48,449 nucleotides of DNA from Clostridia bacterium (GCA_045586685.1 JAZNAU010000045.1:1-48449); one strand, 5' to 3'; positions 8,317 through 18,417 are shown, counted from the first letter of the stretch. The notes: generated from the sequence alone by a model not told the origin. Program-made: numbers and translations.

Positions 8317-8880
8317 CTATTCCTGTTTCATTTGCTCTATGGTTAGTTGCTCCATTCCCGCCAGCAAATCAATACCGGGAAGCTCCTCCAAAGAGCTTAA
8401 TCCAAAGCAACGCAAAAACTCCTGTGTTGTTCCATACAAAATGGGTTTTCCCGGGGAGGGGTGACGTCCCCTTTCTTCAATCAAGTCACGGGACAAAAGC
8501 TTATTGATGACACCCGAACAATCCACGCCCCTTACTTGCTCAATCACCGATTTGATAACCGGCTGATGGTAAGCAACAATAGACAGCACTTCCAATGCCG
8601 CGCGGGACAAGTCAGGAGATTTGGCAGGGTTTAACAAAAGCTGAATGGATTCAAAATGCTCAGAGCGTGTGCAAATCTGATAGTTGTCTTCCAATTTTAT
8701 AATACGAAGCCCCCCGTGCCGATAATTATACCGACTCATAAAGCCGTCCAACATTTCCTGCATTTTTAAAGGGTCTTCCTCCAAGGCATAAGCAAAGCGC
8801 TGAACGGAAACAGGGGTGCCTGCCGCAAACAGCATGGCCTCCAACATAGAATCATGCTCCTGCTGTGTCATTTGTTCCAT
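8317..8880 (-). CDS. scpB: SMC-Scp complex subunit ScpB
   Basis: LEAMLFAAG, LSRAALEVLSIVAYHQPV, RGVD, PILYGTTQEFL..FGLSSLEELP. Confidence 0.97.
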   Translation of the reverse strand: MEQMTQQEHDSMLEAMLFAAGTPVSVQRFAYALEEDPLKMQEMLDGFMSRYNYRHGGLRIIKLEDNYQICTRSEHFESIQLLLNPAKSPDLSRAALEVLSIVAYHQPVIKSVIEQVRGVDCSGVINKLLSRDLIEERGRHPSPGKPILYGTTQEFLRCFGLSSLEELPGIDLLAGMEQLTIEQMKQE

Positions 8881-9607
8881 TTTTTGCTCCCTCCTTTAAT
8901 CCAATCTGTACCTCACCGTCTGAAAAAACAGTAATCTGCCCGCCTTTTAACATTTCTAATATCCCTAAAAACATGGCAACCACATGTGCCTTTGAGGGCA
9001 GAGAACGAAACAGCCAACGAAAGGGGCATCTCTTTTTTTCCCTTAAAAGTTCTGTAAGCTGAGCAATCTTTGACTGCACAGACACCTTTTCCCTACCCAC
9101 AATTTCTCCAAAAGAACGATGGGGAATCATCTCCTCATCCTTACGGTTTTGCAATAATTCCTGCACGATTTCCAGTAAATCGTACACCGTAACATTATCC
9201 AGATTGTTTTCTATTTTTCCTTGGGGAAGCTTGTCCGGCTCTTTGCAAATCATATATTTGCCGATAGGCTCCCGTTCTTTTAGATAGGCACTTGCAGCTT
9301 TGTATTTTGCATACTCTAATAATTTTTCCACAAGCTCCGTTCTGGGGTCCTCCGCCTCCTCCACCATTGGATTCACCGGCAGAAGCATACGGGATTTGAT
9401 GTACAACAGCTGTGCTGCCATAGCAACAAACTCACTTGTAATCTCAAGATTCAGTTCCTTCATTTTTTCCAGGTAGTCCATGTACTGTTTGGAAATTTCC
9501 GCAATGGGAATGTCATAGATACTGACTTTATTCTGCTGAATCAGATACAACAACAAATCCAGCGGTCCTTCAAACACTTCCAAGCTATAGGATAACGGTT
9601 GGTTCAT
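8852..9607 (-). CDS. scpA: Segregation and condensation protein A (kleisin)
   Basis: FEGPLDLLLYLI, KSRMLLP, EDPR.ELV. Confidence 0.97.
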   Translation of the reverse strand: MNQPLSYSLEVFEGPLDLLLYLIQQNKVSIYDIPIAEISKQYMDYLEKMKELNLEITSEFVAMAAQLLYIKSRMLLPVNPMVEEAEDPRTELVEKLLEYAKYKAASAYLKEREPIGKYMICKEPDKLPQGKIENNLDNVTVYDLLEIVQELLQNRKDEEMIPHRSFGEIVGREKVSVQSKIAQLTELLREKKRCPFRWLFRSLPSKAHVVAMFLGILEMLKGGQITVFSDGEVQIGLKEGAKNGTNDTAGA

Positions 9608-10251
9608 CCTGTAAACCTCACAATCAAAAGAATAATTGAATTTATAATATGTAACAATCCATTTAGTAAATTGTCCACTCCTCGGTTTAACAAGCCGTCA
9701 AACGCATCATTTAAATATATCAATCCCATTAAAAGCAGAAATCCGTACCGTTCATATCGAAGCACCTTACGGTATGCCTTTTCGGGCAGGAGTGCAAACA
9801 CCACCTTAGACCCGTCAAGGGGAGGGATAGGCAGACAGTTAAACACTGCCAACCCTAAGTTCATAAACACCATTGTCCAGATGAAGGTCAATACCAAATC
9901 AGGAATGGATACAAAAATCTGAACAATTCCGTAAATCAGCAAAATCAAAAATGCCAACAGAATATTGGAAATGGGACCCGCAATGCTGACCAGCACCGTT
10001 CCCAACCGAAAATTTTTATAATAATTAGGGTTGATGGGCACAGGCTTTGCCCAGCCGAACCGAAACACCAACATACAAAGGGCACCTACCCAATCCAGAT
10101 GATGAAGGGGGTTTAGACTCAATCTTCCCATGCGCTTTGCAGTAGGGTCACCTAACCAATAGGACACCAGACCATGGCTGCATTCGTGCACCGTCATACA
10201 AACAAACACCGCCACAACTGAAATCAGAAGCTCCCATCCTTTTTCCAGCAT
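9604..10251 (-). CDS. Site-2 protease family (M50) membrane metalloprotease
   Basis: HECSH, GWAKPVP, AGPISN, FNCLPIPPLDG. Confidence 0.95.
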   Translation of the reverse strand: MLEKGWELLISVVAVFVCMTVHECSHGLVSYWLGDPTAKRMGRLSLNPLHHLDWVGALCMLVFRFGWAKPVPINPNYYKNFRLGTVLVSIAGPISNILLAFLILLIYGIVQIFVSIPDLVLTFIWTMVFMNLGLAVFNCLPIPPLDGSKVVFALLPEKAYRKVLRYERYGFLLLMGLIYLNDAFDGLLNRGVDNLLNGLLHIINSIILLIVRFTG

Positions 10252-10265
10252 TTTGTTTCACCTTC

Positions 10266-11564
10266 TTATATGTCATTACGCACCAAATCTTCATAACTTT
10301 CCCGACGGACAATCAAGCGGGAGGTCCCATCCTTCACCATCACAACCGCAGCATTTGGAATACGATTATAATGACTTGCCATGGAATAATTGTAAGCACC
10401 GGTAGAAAGCACTGCCATAACATCGCCTGCCTCCGGCTTTTGAAGCTTTACATTTTCTCCCAGCAAATCTCCTGATTCACAGCATTTCCCCGCTACGGTG
10501 ACGCAAGTATTCTTGTCCTCCGCCGCCTTGTTGGCAAGAAGCATTTCATATTCAGATTGATATAATATATAACGGGGATTGTCACTCATTCCTCCGTCCA
10601 CCGACACATAAGTACGGACATCAGGAATTTCTTTTACAGAACCTACAGTATACAACGTAATTCCCGCTTCGCCCACAATAGAACGTCCCGGTTCCATAAA
10701 AATATTAGGCAGTTCAATCTGTCTTTCTTTTGCAATTTTCTTCATGGATTCTGAGATTTTTTTCATATAGTCACGGTAGGCTATCGGCTTATCGTTTTCT
10801 GTATAACGAATGCCATATCCCCCTCCTAAGTTCAGCACTTTCAAGGTGATTCCCAAAATATCCCGAACCTGTACCACAAAATCCATCATCCGTTCTGCCG
10901 CCAAAAGGAAAGGCTTTTCATCAAAAATCTGGGAACCTATATGACAATGAATTCCTGAAAGCTCTAAATTTTGCTGAGTTACCGCAATTTTAGCAAAATC
11001 CAGGGAATCCCCGTTTTCCAGCACTGTTCCGAATTTACAGTCAATGTGACCGGTCTGAACAAAGCTGTGGGTATGGGCATCAATACCGGGTTTAATGCGG
11101 AACAAAATGGATTGCTTCACACCCAGCTCCCCTGCAATGGCATTTAGCATAGCAAGCTCTTCCCGGCTGTCCACCACAATGTAGCCAACCCCTGCTTTTA
11201 CTGCCATAATCAGCTCCTCTTTTGTTTTATTGTTCCCATGAAAACAGATTTTATCTGCCGGGAAATTCACAGAAAGAGCGGTATATAATTCACCGCCGGA
11301 TACAACGTCAACGCCTAATCCTTCCTGCATTACAATTCGGTACATTTCCTTAGAAGAAAATGCCTTGCTTGCGTATAAAACCAAGCCCCGCCCGCCATAA
11401 AATTCCTCCATGGACTGACGGTACTGCTTGCAGTTATCACGAATCATCTGTTCATCCATTACATAAAGGGGGGTCTGATATTCCTTTGCCAAGGAAACCG
11501 TATCACAACCGCCAATTTCCAGATGTCCCTTTTCATTTATTTTTAATGCCTGGTTTTGGAACAT
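10266..11564 (-). CDS. lysA: Diaminopimelate decarboxylase
   Basis: YASKAF (PLP lysine), HCHIGSQI, EPGRSIV, GKCCESGD, TGAYNYSM. Confidence 0.97.
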   Translation of the reverse strand: MFQNQALKINEKGHLEIGGCDTVSLAKEYQTPLYVMDEQMIRDNCKQYRQSMEEFYGGRGLVLYASKAFSSKEMYRIVMQEGLGVDVVSGGELYTALSVNFPADKICFHGNNKTKEELIMAVKAGVGYIVVDSREELAMLNAIAGELGVKQSILFRIKPGIDAHTHSFVQTGHIDCKFGTVLENGDSLDFAKIAVTQQNLELSGIHCHIGSQIFDEKPFLLAAERMMDFVVQVRDILGITLKVLNLGGGYGIRYTENDKPIAYRDYMKKISESMKKIAKERQIELPNIFMEPGRSIVGEAGITLYTVGSVKEIPDVRTYVSVDGGMSDNPRYILYQSEYEMLLANKAAEDKNTCVTVAGKCCESGDLLGENVKLQKPEAGDVMAVLSTGAYNYSMASHYNRIPNAAVVMVKDGTSRLIVRRESYEDLVRNDI

Positions 11565-11700
11565 TTGTTACTCACCTCTAACTTATTAACCTTCTTTTAA
11601 TCATACCATAAAATTACTCTTTTTGCAAGAGGGATTTTGTCCAACTTATCCCATAGGATACCCCCCTGCCTTATGAATCATGTGCAAACAAAGGAATCTG

Positions 11701-11729
11701 TTCTAAATTCTTGTATTGTGGCATATATT
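11701..11729 (+). promoter_or_regulatory. SigE-like promoter for glgCD
   Basis: TTCTAAA-14 bp-CATATATT. Confidence 0.55.
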
Positions 11730-11766
11730 ATACAGGTTTAAAATAAAAAAGAAAGGCGATACGGAA

Positions 11767-12912
11767 ATGAAAAAAGAACTGGTAGCAATGATTCTTGCGG
11801 GAGGTCAGGGAAGTCGGCTGGGGGCACTGACTGCCCATGTAGCAAAGCCTGCTGTTCCCTTTGGCGGAAAATATAAAATGATTGATTTTGTGTTGAGTAA
11901 TTGTACCAATTCAGGGGTAGACACTGTTGGCGTACTGACCCAATACAAGCCGTTGGATTTAAACGCCCATATTGGAAACGGCGCTCCTTGGGATCTGGAT
12001 GTAAGGCGGGGCGGAATCAGTCTGCTTCCTCCCTACATGAGAAAAACTACCGCAGAATGGTATCGTGGAACTGCCAATGCGGTATATCAAAATTTGGCAT
12101 ATTTGGAGCAATACAATCCGGAATATGTATTGATTTTATCCGGTGATCACATTTATAAAATGGATTACAGCAAGATGCTGAAGCATCACATAAAAAAGAA
12201 AGCCGAAGTCTCCATTGCAGTGATAGATGTTCCTCAAGAAGAAGCAAAACGGTTTGGTATTTTAAATATTAACGGAGACCGAAGAATCCTGGACTTTGAA
12301 GAAAAACCTCGTCATCCCAAAAGCACCCTTGCTTCCATGGGGGTTTATATTTTTAATTATGAGGTATTAAAACAAGCTCTCACGGAGGACAACGAAAAGG
12401 AGCGAAGCGCCCATGATTTTGGAAAAAATATTATTCCTTCCATGCTGGAATCGGGAAAAAAACTTTATGCCTATCCCTTTGCAGGCTATTGGCGGGATAT
12501 CGGAACTGTGACCAGTATCTGGCAAGCAAACTTAGATTTGCTGTCCCATGACAATCCCTTGGATTTATACAACAAGGACTGGCAGATATACACCCGTCCA
12601 AACGACCTGCCTCCTCATTACATCGCCCCCGGTGCCGTAGCGGACACCTCCATGATTTCTCAAGGATGCGCTATTTACGGCACGGTAAGAAGGTGTATTG
12701 TATTCCCCAATGTGACAGTAGAAAAAGATGCGGTGATAGAGGATTCTGTAATTATGTCAGACTGTCGGATTTGTTCAGGTGCTCATATAAAAAAGGCAAT
12801 TATTTGCGAACAGGTCACCATAAGCTCCGATGCCTTCATAGGGAGCAATTCAGAAATTGAAATTATCAGTGCCGAAACTCCCTTTCATCAAGAATCGGTT
12901 GTAGCAGGCTAA
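11767..12912 (+). CDS. glgC: Glucose-1-phosphate adenylyltransferase
   Basis: [11 protein letters not shown]...[33 protein letters not shown]; start moved to ATG 11767 (SD AAAGG). Confidence 0.95.
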   Translation: MKKELVAMILAGGQGSRLGALTAHVAKPAVPFGGKYKMIDFVLSNCTNSGVDTVGVLTQYKPLDLNAHIGNGAPWDLDVRRGGISLLPPYMRKTTAEWYRGTANAVYQNLAYLEQYNPEYVLILSGDHIYKMDYSKMLKHHIKKKAEVSIAVIDVPQEEAKRFGILNINGDRRILDFEEKPRHPKSTLASMGVYIFNYEVLKQALTEDNEKERSAHDFGKNIIPSMLESGKKLYAYPFAGYWRDIGTVTSIWQANLDLLSHDNPLDLYNKDWQIYTRPNDLPPHYIAPGAVADTSMISQGCAIYGTVRRCIVFPNVTVEKDAVIEDSVIMSDCRICSGAHIKKAIICEQVTISSDAFIGSNSEIEIISAETPFHQESVVAG

Positions 12913-12923
12913 AGGAGGAAACG

Positions 12924-14051
12924 ATGAAACACAATGTAATGGCAATTCTCAATTTAGAAGAACGGGAACAGGAAATCAGGAGCTTAACCGCTTTTCGTCC
13001 CATTGCCACCGTCCCCATTGCAGGACGGTATCGGGTAATTGATTTTGTGCTTTCTAATATGGTAAATGCCGGAATCCGACAAGTGGGAATTTTTTCAAAA
13101 AAAAGTACCCGTTCCCTTGCGGACCACATTAGCGCAGGAAAGCCATGGGATTTAAATTTGAAGCACAGCGGTCTGTTTTTATTTGACCATACACTTCTCG
13201 GATATCATAATTATGATGCAAAAATTTTTGGAAACAATATGGGTTTTTTAAAAAAAAGCGAGGCGGATTATGTGGTCATTTCCTCCTCGTATATGATTTG
13301 CAACATAGATTTACAAAAAATCGTACACTCCCATTGCTTGTCCCGTAACGAAATTTCTGTTTTGTATCATCCCACCCGTCATGCATATCGGGAATTTCTA
13401 AACTGTGATACCTTGCAGTTGGACGAAAACGGAACACTCATCGGGCACAGCAAAAACATCGGAGCAGACAGCAACGCAAATATCTGCATGGAATTATTTA
13501 TTATGAAAAAGGAAACCTTAATTCAACTGATTTATCAAGCAGTACGAACGGGAGAAACCTGCTCCTTTTGCAAATTTTTGATGAAACATCTGCATCATTT
13601 CAGAACAGGAGGAATTTGTTATAACGGATATGTCTCTTGTATTAACTCCATTTCTTCTTATTACCGAACCAACATGGAGCTGTTAACCCCCCAGGTAAGA
13701 GGGGAGTTATTTCATTCCGCACGTCCTGTGTATACCAAAATCAAGGATGCTCCCCCCACTCTTTATGAAGGAGGAAGCCGAGTCACCGACAGCCTAACCG
13801 CAGACGGTTGTTGCCTTTGCGGAACGGTACATCACAGTATTTTGTCCCGATTTGTTACCGTAGCACCCGACGCCTTGGTTCAAAACAGCATTATTCTTCA
13901 GGGGGCGGTAATTCAAGAAGGAGCAAGATTGAATCATGCCATCATTGAAAAAGGGGCGGTCGTCCACCCCGGCACCGTCATTTGCGGCACTCCCGATTTC
14001 CCTGCAGTTATTGAAAAAAAGCAAGATCCGGCTTTGTATCACGCAATTTAA
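12924..14051 (+). CDS. glgD: ADP-glucose pyrophosphorylase subunit GlgD
   Basis: LT.FRP...PIAGRYRVIDFVLSNMVN, GKPWDL, YTKIKD.PPT; directly follows glgC. Confidence 0.93.
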   Translation: MKHNVMAILNLEEREQEIRSLTAFRPIATVPIAGRYRVIDFVLSNMVNAGIRQVGIFSKKSTRSLADHISAGKPWDLNLKHSGLFLFDHTLLGYHNYDAKIFGNNMGFLKKSEADYVVISSSYMICNIDLQKIVHSHCLSRNEISVLYHPTRHAYREFLNCDTLQLDENGTLIGHSKNIGADSNANICMELFIMKKETLIQLIYQAVRTGETCSFCKFLMKHLHHFRTGGICYNGYVSCINSISSYYRTNMELLTPQVRGELFHSARPVYTKIKDAPPTLYEGGSRVTDSLTADGCCLCGTVHHSILSRFVTVAPDALVQNSIILQGAVIQEGARLNHAIIEKGAVVHPGTVICGTPDFPAVIEKKQDPALYHAI

Positions 14052-14176
14052 ATGGGGAAAACCTGTCAACAAAAATTTTATAAGTAAGAGGATGTAGCGT
14101 TTTGATATAATCAACTTAGAGTAGACACTTGAAACAGCAAAAATAATTTAAGACTATTCTATGCAGCAACCCCTTC

Positions 14177-14683
14177 CTATACTACAATCCAAAATCTCCA
14201 AGGACGTTCTCGGTCCTTTTTGTCTGCATAATCAATTCCAATACGGGGACCTGATTGATAGGAAGGAGTTGCACCGTCGTCCTCCAACCAAAACCGAGGG
14301 GAATTGCATAAATCCTCCCCGTTCCACTCTTTGGTAATGCCCATCGCTTTGGTGGTTCTGCCCGGTCCCGCAAATTGCTCTATCCCCCGAATCAATACAG
14401 CTTGGGGATAGTCTTTTTCCCCTGCAACAATATTCAGTAAATGGTGCATCCCGTAACACAGGTAAATATAGGCATATCCACCCTCTCGGTACATCATTTC
14501 TGTCCGAAGGGTTTTCCCTTTGTGAGCATGACAAGCGGTGTCATCCTCCCCTTGATAACATTCTGTTTCTGTTATTCTGTATCGAAAAACATCCGTCCCC
14601 TTCTGTATGCAAATCAATTTCCCGAGCAAAGCAGGAGCAAGGATTTGGGCCGACTGTAAATAAAATTTCTTTGGTAATCTCAT
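14177..14683 (-). CDS. mpg: 3-methyladenine DNA glycosylase (AAG/MPG family)
   Basis: LLGK, ITETECY, YIYLCYGMHHLLNIV, AVLIRG, GPG, GPRIGI, PWRF. Confidence 0.93.
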   Translation of the reverse strand: MRLPKKFYLQSAQILAPALLGKLICIQKGTDVFRYRITETECYQGEDDTACHAHKGKTLRTEMMYREGGYAYIYLCYGMHHLLNIVAGEKDYPQAVLIRGIEQFAGPGRTTKAMGITKEWNGEDLCNSPRFWLEDDGATPSYQSGPRIGIDYADKKDRERPWRFWIVV

Positions 14684-14693
14684 CTTCTTTTCC

Positions 14694-15887
14694 TCAAGAT
14701 TGAAGTTGGTGATAAAGGTCCGGAAAGGGTTCTAAGCTTCTGGATAAAATCCCTTTCATGTAAGCAATGGCAATTCCGTAGTTGGTAATAGGAATTTGTT
14801 CTTCCTTTGCAGACCTTTGACGGCATTTCATCTCCCTGGGGTTGAGCATACAGCCTCCGCAATGAATAATCATTTTGTAAGGAGATAACTCCTCGGGAAA
14901 TTCTGTTCCCGAGGTAAACACAAATTCTGGTTCCGCTTTTGTGTATTCCCGAATCCACCGAGGCAGCTTAACGGTTCCGATATCTTCGCATTGACGGTGG
15001 TGAGTACAGCCTTCTGCAATCAAAATTTTATCTCCGTCTTTGACAGAATCCAAGGCTTTTACCCCCTGAACCGTAAGTTCTAAATCCCCTTTTTGCCTTG
15101 CCATTAAAATAGAAAATGAGGTTAAGGGTATGTCCCTATTTGTAATTTTTGCGACAACCTCAAACACCTGACTGTCTGTAATCACCATTTTAGGGGGGGT
15201 TTTACATTGAAATAAAATATCTTGTAACATGGTTTCTTTCACCACTAATGCAACAGCATCTGCATCCAGTAAAGCACGGATGGTTTGTTGCTGAGGGAGA
15301 ATCAACCTTCCTTTGGGAGCTGCGGAGTCAATGGGGGTGACTAAAATGACAGTATCTCCGGCATTGACCAAGCCTTGTACGAGAGAGGGAGATTCTACGG
15401 GTTTAGCAAGTTTGGAAATTTCTTCTTTTAATGCGTCAATCCCCTCCCCTGTTACTGCACTGACAGCCAGCTCCCCTTGTGGTGCCTGTGCAAGATCGGT
15501 TTTATTATAGACTGTTAGAAAAGGTACTTGACTTTGGCGAAACCGCTCTATCCAGTCTTTTTCAGCCTCAGAAATACCCTTTGTGGCATCAATCACTAAA
15601 ACGGCAATATCTGTTTTATTCAAAACCTGTTTGGTTTTTTTAACACGAAGTGCCCCCAGCTCACCCTGATTATCATCCATTCCTGCAGTGTCAATCATCA
15701 TTACAGGTCCTAAAGGAAGAAGCTCCATTGCTTTATAAACGGGGTCGGTAGTAGTGCCGCCAACGTCAGAAACCAATGAAATCTGTTGAGAAGTGACTGC
15801 ATTCATGACGCTGGATTTTCCTGCATTTCTTTTACCGAAAAAAGCAATATGCACCCGATTGGCGGATGCGGTATCCTGTAATCCCAT
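14694..15887 (-). CDS. hydF: [FeFe]-hydrogenase maturation GTPase
   Basis: GKRNAGKSS, GTTTDPV, DTAG, NKTD, GRLILPQ, EGCTHH and HCGGCM. Confidence 0.97.
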   Translation of the reverse strand: MGLQDTASANRVHIAFFGKRNAGKSSVMNAVTSQQISLVSDVGGTTTDPVYKAMELLPLGPVMMIDTAGMDDNQGELGALRVKKTKQVLNKTDIAVLVIDATKGISEAEKDWIERFRQSQVPFLTVYNKTDLAQAPQGELAVSAVTGEGIDALKEEISKLAKPVESPSLVQGLVNAGDTVILVTPIDSAAPKGRLILPQQQTIRALLDADAVALVVKETMLQDILFQCKTPPKMVITDSQVFEVVAKITNRDIPLTSFSILMARQKGDLELTVQGVKALDSVKDGDKILIAEGCTHHRQCEDIGTVKLPRWIREYTKAEPEFVFTSGTEFPEELSPYKMIIHCGGCMLNPREMKCRQRSAKEEQIPITNYGIAIAYMKGILSRSLEPFPDLYHQLQS

Positions 15888-15899
15888 AGCAAATCCTCC

Positions 15900-17321
15900 T
15901 TATAAACGAAAATCTCGCTTTCCTTCGTCGATGGCTTTCAATTTTTCTTTTACCAAGTCCTTTACTTTAGGATTGGGAACACGTTGAATTTCTCTGTCAA
16001 TCAATTCATATCCGATTTTTTTAGTAGGCTCGGAGGCGTAATCCTCCAGATATTCTTTTAAGGTCATCAAAGCGTTGGGGTGACAGCAATTTAGAATCTG
16101 ACCATTTTTACAAAGAGTCATAAACCGGTCTCCTGTCCGACCTTCCCGATAGCAAGCGGTACAGAAAGAGGGAATGTCTCCCTGTTCCATCAGCCAACGA
16201 ACGACTTCATCCAAAGTACGATTATCGCTCACATCAAACTGAGCAGAATTTTCTTCTTCCGGCTCTTCTTCAGCATAACCCCCAACACTTGTGCGGGAAG
16301 CACCGCTGATTTGAGAAATTCCCAAATGAAGCACCCGTTCCCGACATTCTTTGGATTCGCGGGTGGAGATAATCATGCCTGTGTAGGGAACTGCTATACG
16401 GATACAAGCAATCAATTTTGCAAAAATATCATCACTGATTCCATTGTCAAAAACATCCGGATCTATATCGTCTGCTCGTTTGATACGGGGAACACTAATT
16501 GTATGGGGACCAACCCCGAATGTGCTTTCCAGATGTTCTGCATGCATTAAAAGTGCGGCAAATTCGTATCGGTAAAGCTCAAGCCCGAACAGTACGCCTA
16601 ATCCCACATCATCAATCCCGCCTTCCATAGCTCGGTCCATAGCCTCGGTATGGTAAGCGTAATTGTGCTTGGGTCCTGTAGGATGAAGCTTTTCGTAGCT
16701 TTCCTTGTGATAGGTTTCCTGAAACAGAATATAAGTGCCTATGCCTGCCTCTTTCAGTTTGCGATAATTTTCTACCGTTGTGGCAGCAATGTTTACGTTT
16801 ACTCTGCGAATGGCACCGTTTTTGTGCTGAATGCTGTAAATGGTTTTAATACTTTCCAAAATATATTCTATGGGGTTATTGACCGGATCCTCTCCCGATT
16901 CAATGGCAAGACGCTTATGTCCCATATCCTGCAGAGCAATGACTTCTTTTTTTATTTCTTCCTGAGTCAGCTTTTTTCTGGCAATATGTTTGTTCTTTGC
17001 ATGATAGGGGCAATAAACACAACCGTTTACACAGTAATTGGACAGATAAAGAGGAGCAAACATGACAATACGGTTGCCGTAAAAGTCCTGTTTAATTTTG
17101 GCAGCCAGTGCTTCAATTTCCTTATTTTTTTCCGGTATATCGCAGTCCAGCAAAACAGCGGCCTCTCTGTGGGAAAGTCCCTTGTATTCCCTTGCTTTGT
17201 TTAAGATTTCATCAATAAGGGCGGCATTATGCTTGTTTTCTTCTGCAAAAGCCAGAGTGTCCAGCACCTCCTGATGGTCTATAAATTCTTCTGCCTTTTT
17301 TGATTTTGGATTATATGCCAT
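15900..17321 (-). CDS. hydG: [FeFe]-hydrogenase maturation radical SAM protein
   Basis: YLSNYCVNGCVYC and C-terminal CX2CX22C (FCTAC...NCC); start moved to ATG 17321 (MAYNPK, SD AAAGGA). Confidence 0.96.
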   Translation of the reverse strand: MAYNPKSKKAEEFIDHQEVLDTLAFAEENKHNAALIDEILNKAREYKGLSHREAAVLLDCDIPEKNKEIEALAAKIKQDFYGNRIVMFAPLYLSNYCVNGCVYCPYHAKNKHIARKKLTQEEIKKEVIALQDMGHKRLAIESGEDPVNNPIEYILESIKTIYSIQHKNGAIRRVNVNIAATTVENYRKLKEAGIGTYILFQETYHKESYEKLHPTGPKHNYAYHTEAMDRAMEGGIDDVGLGVLFGLELYRYEFAALLMHAEHLESTFGVGPHTISVPRIKRADDIDPDVFDNGISDDIFAKLIACIRIAVPYTGMIISTRESKECRERVLHLGISQISGASRTSVGGYAEEEPEEENSAQFDVSDNRTLDEVVRWLMEQGDIPSFCTACYREGRTGDRFMTLCKNGQILNCCHPNALMTLKEYLEDYASEPTKKIGYELIDREIQRVPNPKVKDLVKEKLKAIDEGKRDFRL

Positions 17322-17328
17322 GGTAATT

Positions 17329-17586
17329 TCATCCTTTCTGTAAAGTTTTAGAGTAAGCAGCTTTTGCACTGACTCCCCTTAATTTTCCGATTTTGCCCGA
17401 GAGAGCACTGATTTCTTCCGTTGTGCCGTCAACTGCAATACTGATAATAGAAATTTCTTTTTCCCGATAGGGCAGTCCCATTCGTCCGATAATAATAGAG
17501 CTATATTCATGAAGGATATGATTTAACTGGGTTACAGATTCAGATTCTTCTACAATAATACCGATGATTGCCACACGTTTTTCCAT
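17329..17586 (-). CDS. TM1266-family putative iron-only hydrogenase system regulator (ACT-like)
   Basis: RVAIIGIIVE...LN.ILHEY...IIGRMGLPY...ISALSGKIG.L.GV..K; adjacent to hydG. Confidence 0.9.
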   Translation of the reverse strand: MEKRVAIIGIIVEESESVTQLNHILHEYSSIIIGRMGLPYREKEISIISIAVDGTTEEISALSGKIGKLRGVSAKAAYSKTLQKG

Positions 17587-17601
17587 TTTGGTCTTCCTTT
17601 C

Positions 17602-17631
17602 AAAAAAATATGCACCCTCTCAGAGGGTGCA
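17602..17631 (-). terminator. Intrinsic terminator within the 5' leader (attenuator)
   Basis: TGCACCCTCT-G-AGAGGGTGCA then TATTTTTTT, between the promoter and the first start codon. Confidence 0.75.
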
Positions 17632-17730
17632 AAAAACACAAAAGTTCCTGTTTTCTTTCGCCTCAGAGAAGTCTTTAGCGTCAGTAAAGTTGAATCGTTC
17701 GGCAAGGAAAATCCCGACCGTCAGATCATA
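17632..17730 (-). ncRNA. Candidate cis-regulatory leader RNA of the hydrogenase maturation operon
   Basis: Two tandem CUGA-[C...G stem-loop]-AA modules upstream of the leader terminator. Confidence 0.55.
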
Positions 17731-17735
17731 TTTTT

Positions 17736-17764
17736 ATTATAAATCATTGTAAGTGTTTTGTCAA
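17736..17764 (-). promoter_or_regulatory. Consensus SigA promoter of the hyd operon
   Basis: TTGACA-17-TATAAT. Confidence 0.85.
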
Positions 17765-17801
17765 TTTATTTTTGGTGTTTTTTAAATTATTTTTAAAATA
17801 A

Positions 17802-17831
17802 TTGACAAAACAAAGGGGAATGTGCTATAAT
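17802..17831 (+). promoter_or_regulatory. SigA promoter
   Basis: TTGACA-18-TATAAT with extended TG. Confidence 0.75.
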
Positions 17832-17853
17832 TAGTAAAAATTAGTAACAAGAG

Positions 17854-18336
17854 GTGTTTTTGATGAAACCAAAAAAATTGGTATTGTCTTCTGTATTGAC
17901 TGCTTTGGTATGTGTAGGAACTATGGTGATTAAAATTCCTACAATAAATGGATATATCCATCCCGGGGACGGATTTGTGCTCTTGGCGGGATTTTTATTG
18001 GGACCGTCTTGGGGTGCAGCAGCGGCGGGAATTGGTTCCGCTCTGGCAGATTTGTTTGCCGGATATTCGGTGTATGCTCCGGGAACACTTTTTATAAAAG
18101 GATTGACCGCTCTTGTTTGTGGGTTAATCTATAAAAGAAAACAGACCATATCCTTTGCATTACTGAGTGGTATTGTGGCTGAATTGGTTATGACAGCAGG
18201 CTATTTTCTATATGAAACTCTTGTGTTTGGAGACGGTGCACTGGCGGCGATTCCGGGAAATTTAGTACAAGGCATGGGGGGTGTCGTTATATCGCTATTG
18301 CTGTTGCCATTGCTAAAGCGAGCAATAAAATTCTGA
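17854..18336 (+). CDS. ECF transporter S component
   Basis: GYIHPGDG...G...G...GIGSALADL..GY..YAPGT..IKG motif; hydrophobic; the real start is probably 17860-17863. Confidence 0.9.
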   Translation: MFLMKPKKLVLSSVLTALVCVGTMVIKIPTINGYIHPGDGFVLLAGFLLGPSWGAAAAGIGSALADLFAGYSVYAPGTLFIKGLTALVCGLIYKRKQTISFALLSGIVAELVMTAGYFLYETLVFGDGALAAIPGNLVQGMGGVVISLLLLPLLKRAIKF

Positions 18337-18417
18337 TTTTTTTGAAATTTACAAGTATTTTAAAAAAATTTTTAGATAACTCTTTACAAAAAGAAATTTT
18401 TGTGGTAAAATAATGCT

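Noticed and set aside
11565-11640. Lysine riboswitch upstream of lysA
   Set aside because: A TTGCAA-17-TATGAT promoter lies only about 35 bp from the start, leaving no room, and no L-box motifs are seen.
17650-17730. Hammerhead ribozyme in the hyd leader
   Set aside because: CUGA and GAA are present, but the CUGANGA core, stems I/III and the NUH site cannot be assembled.
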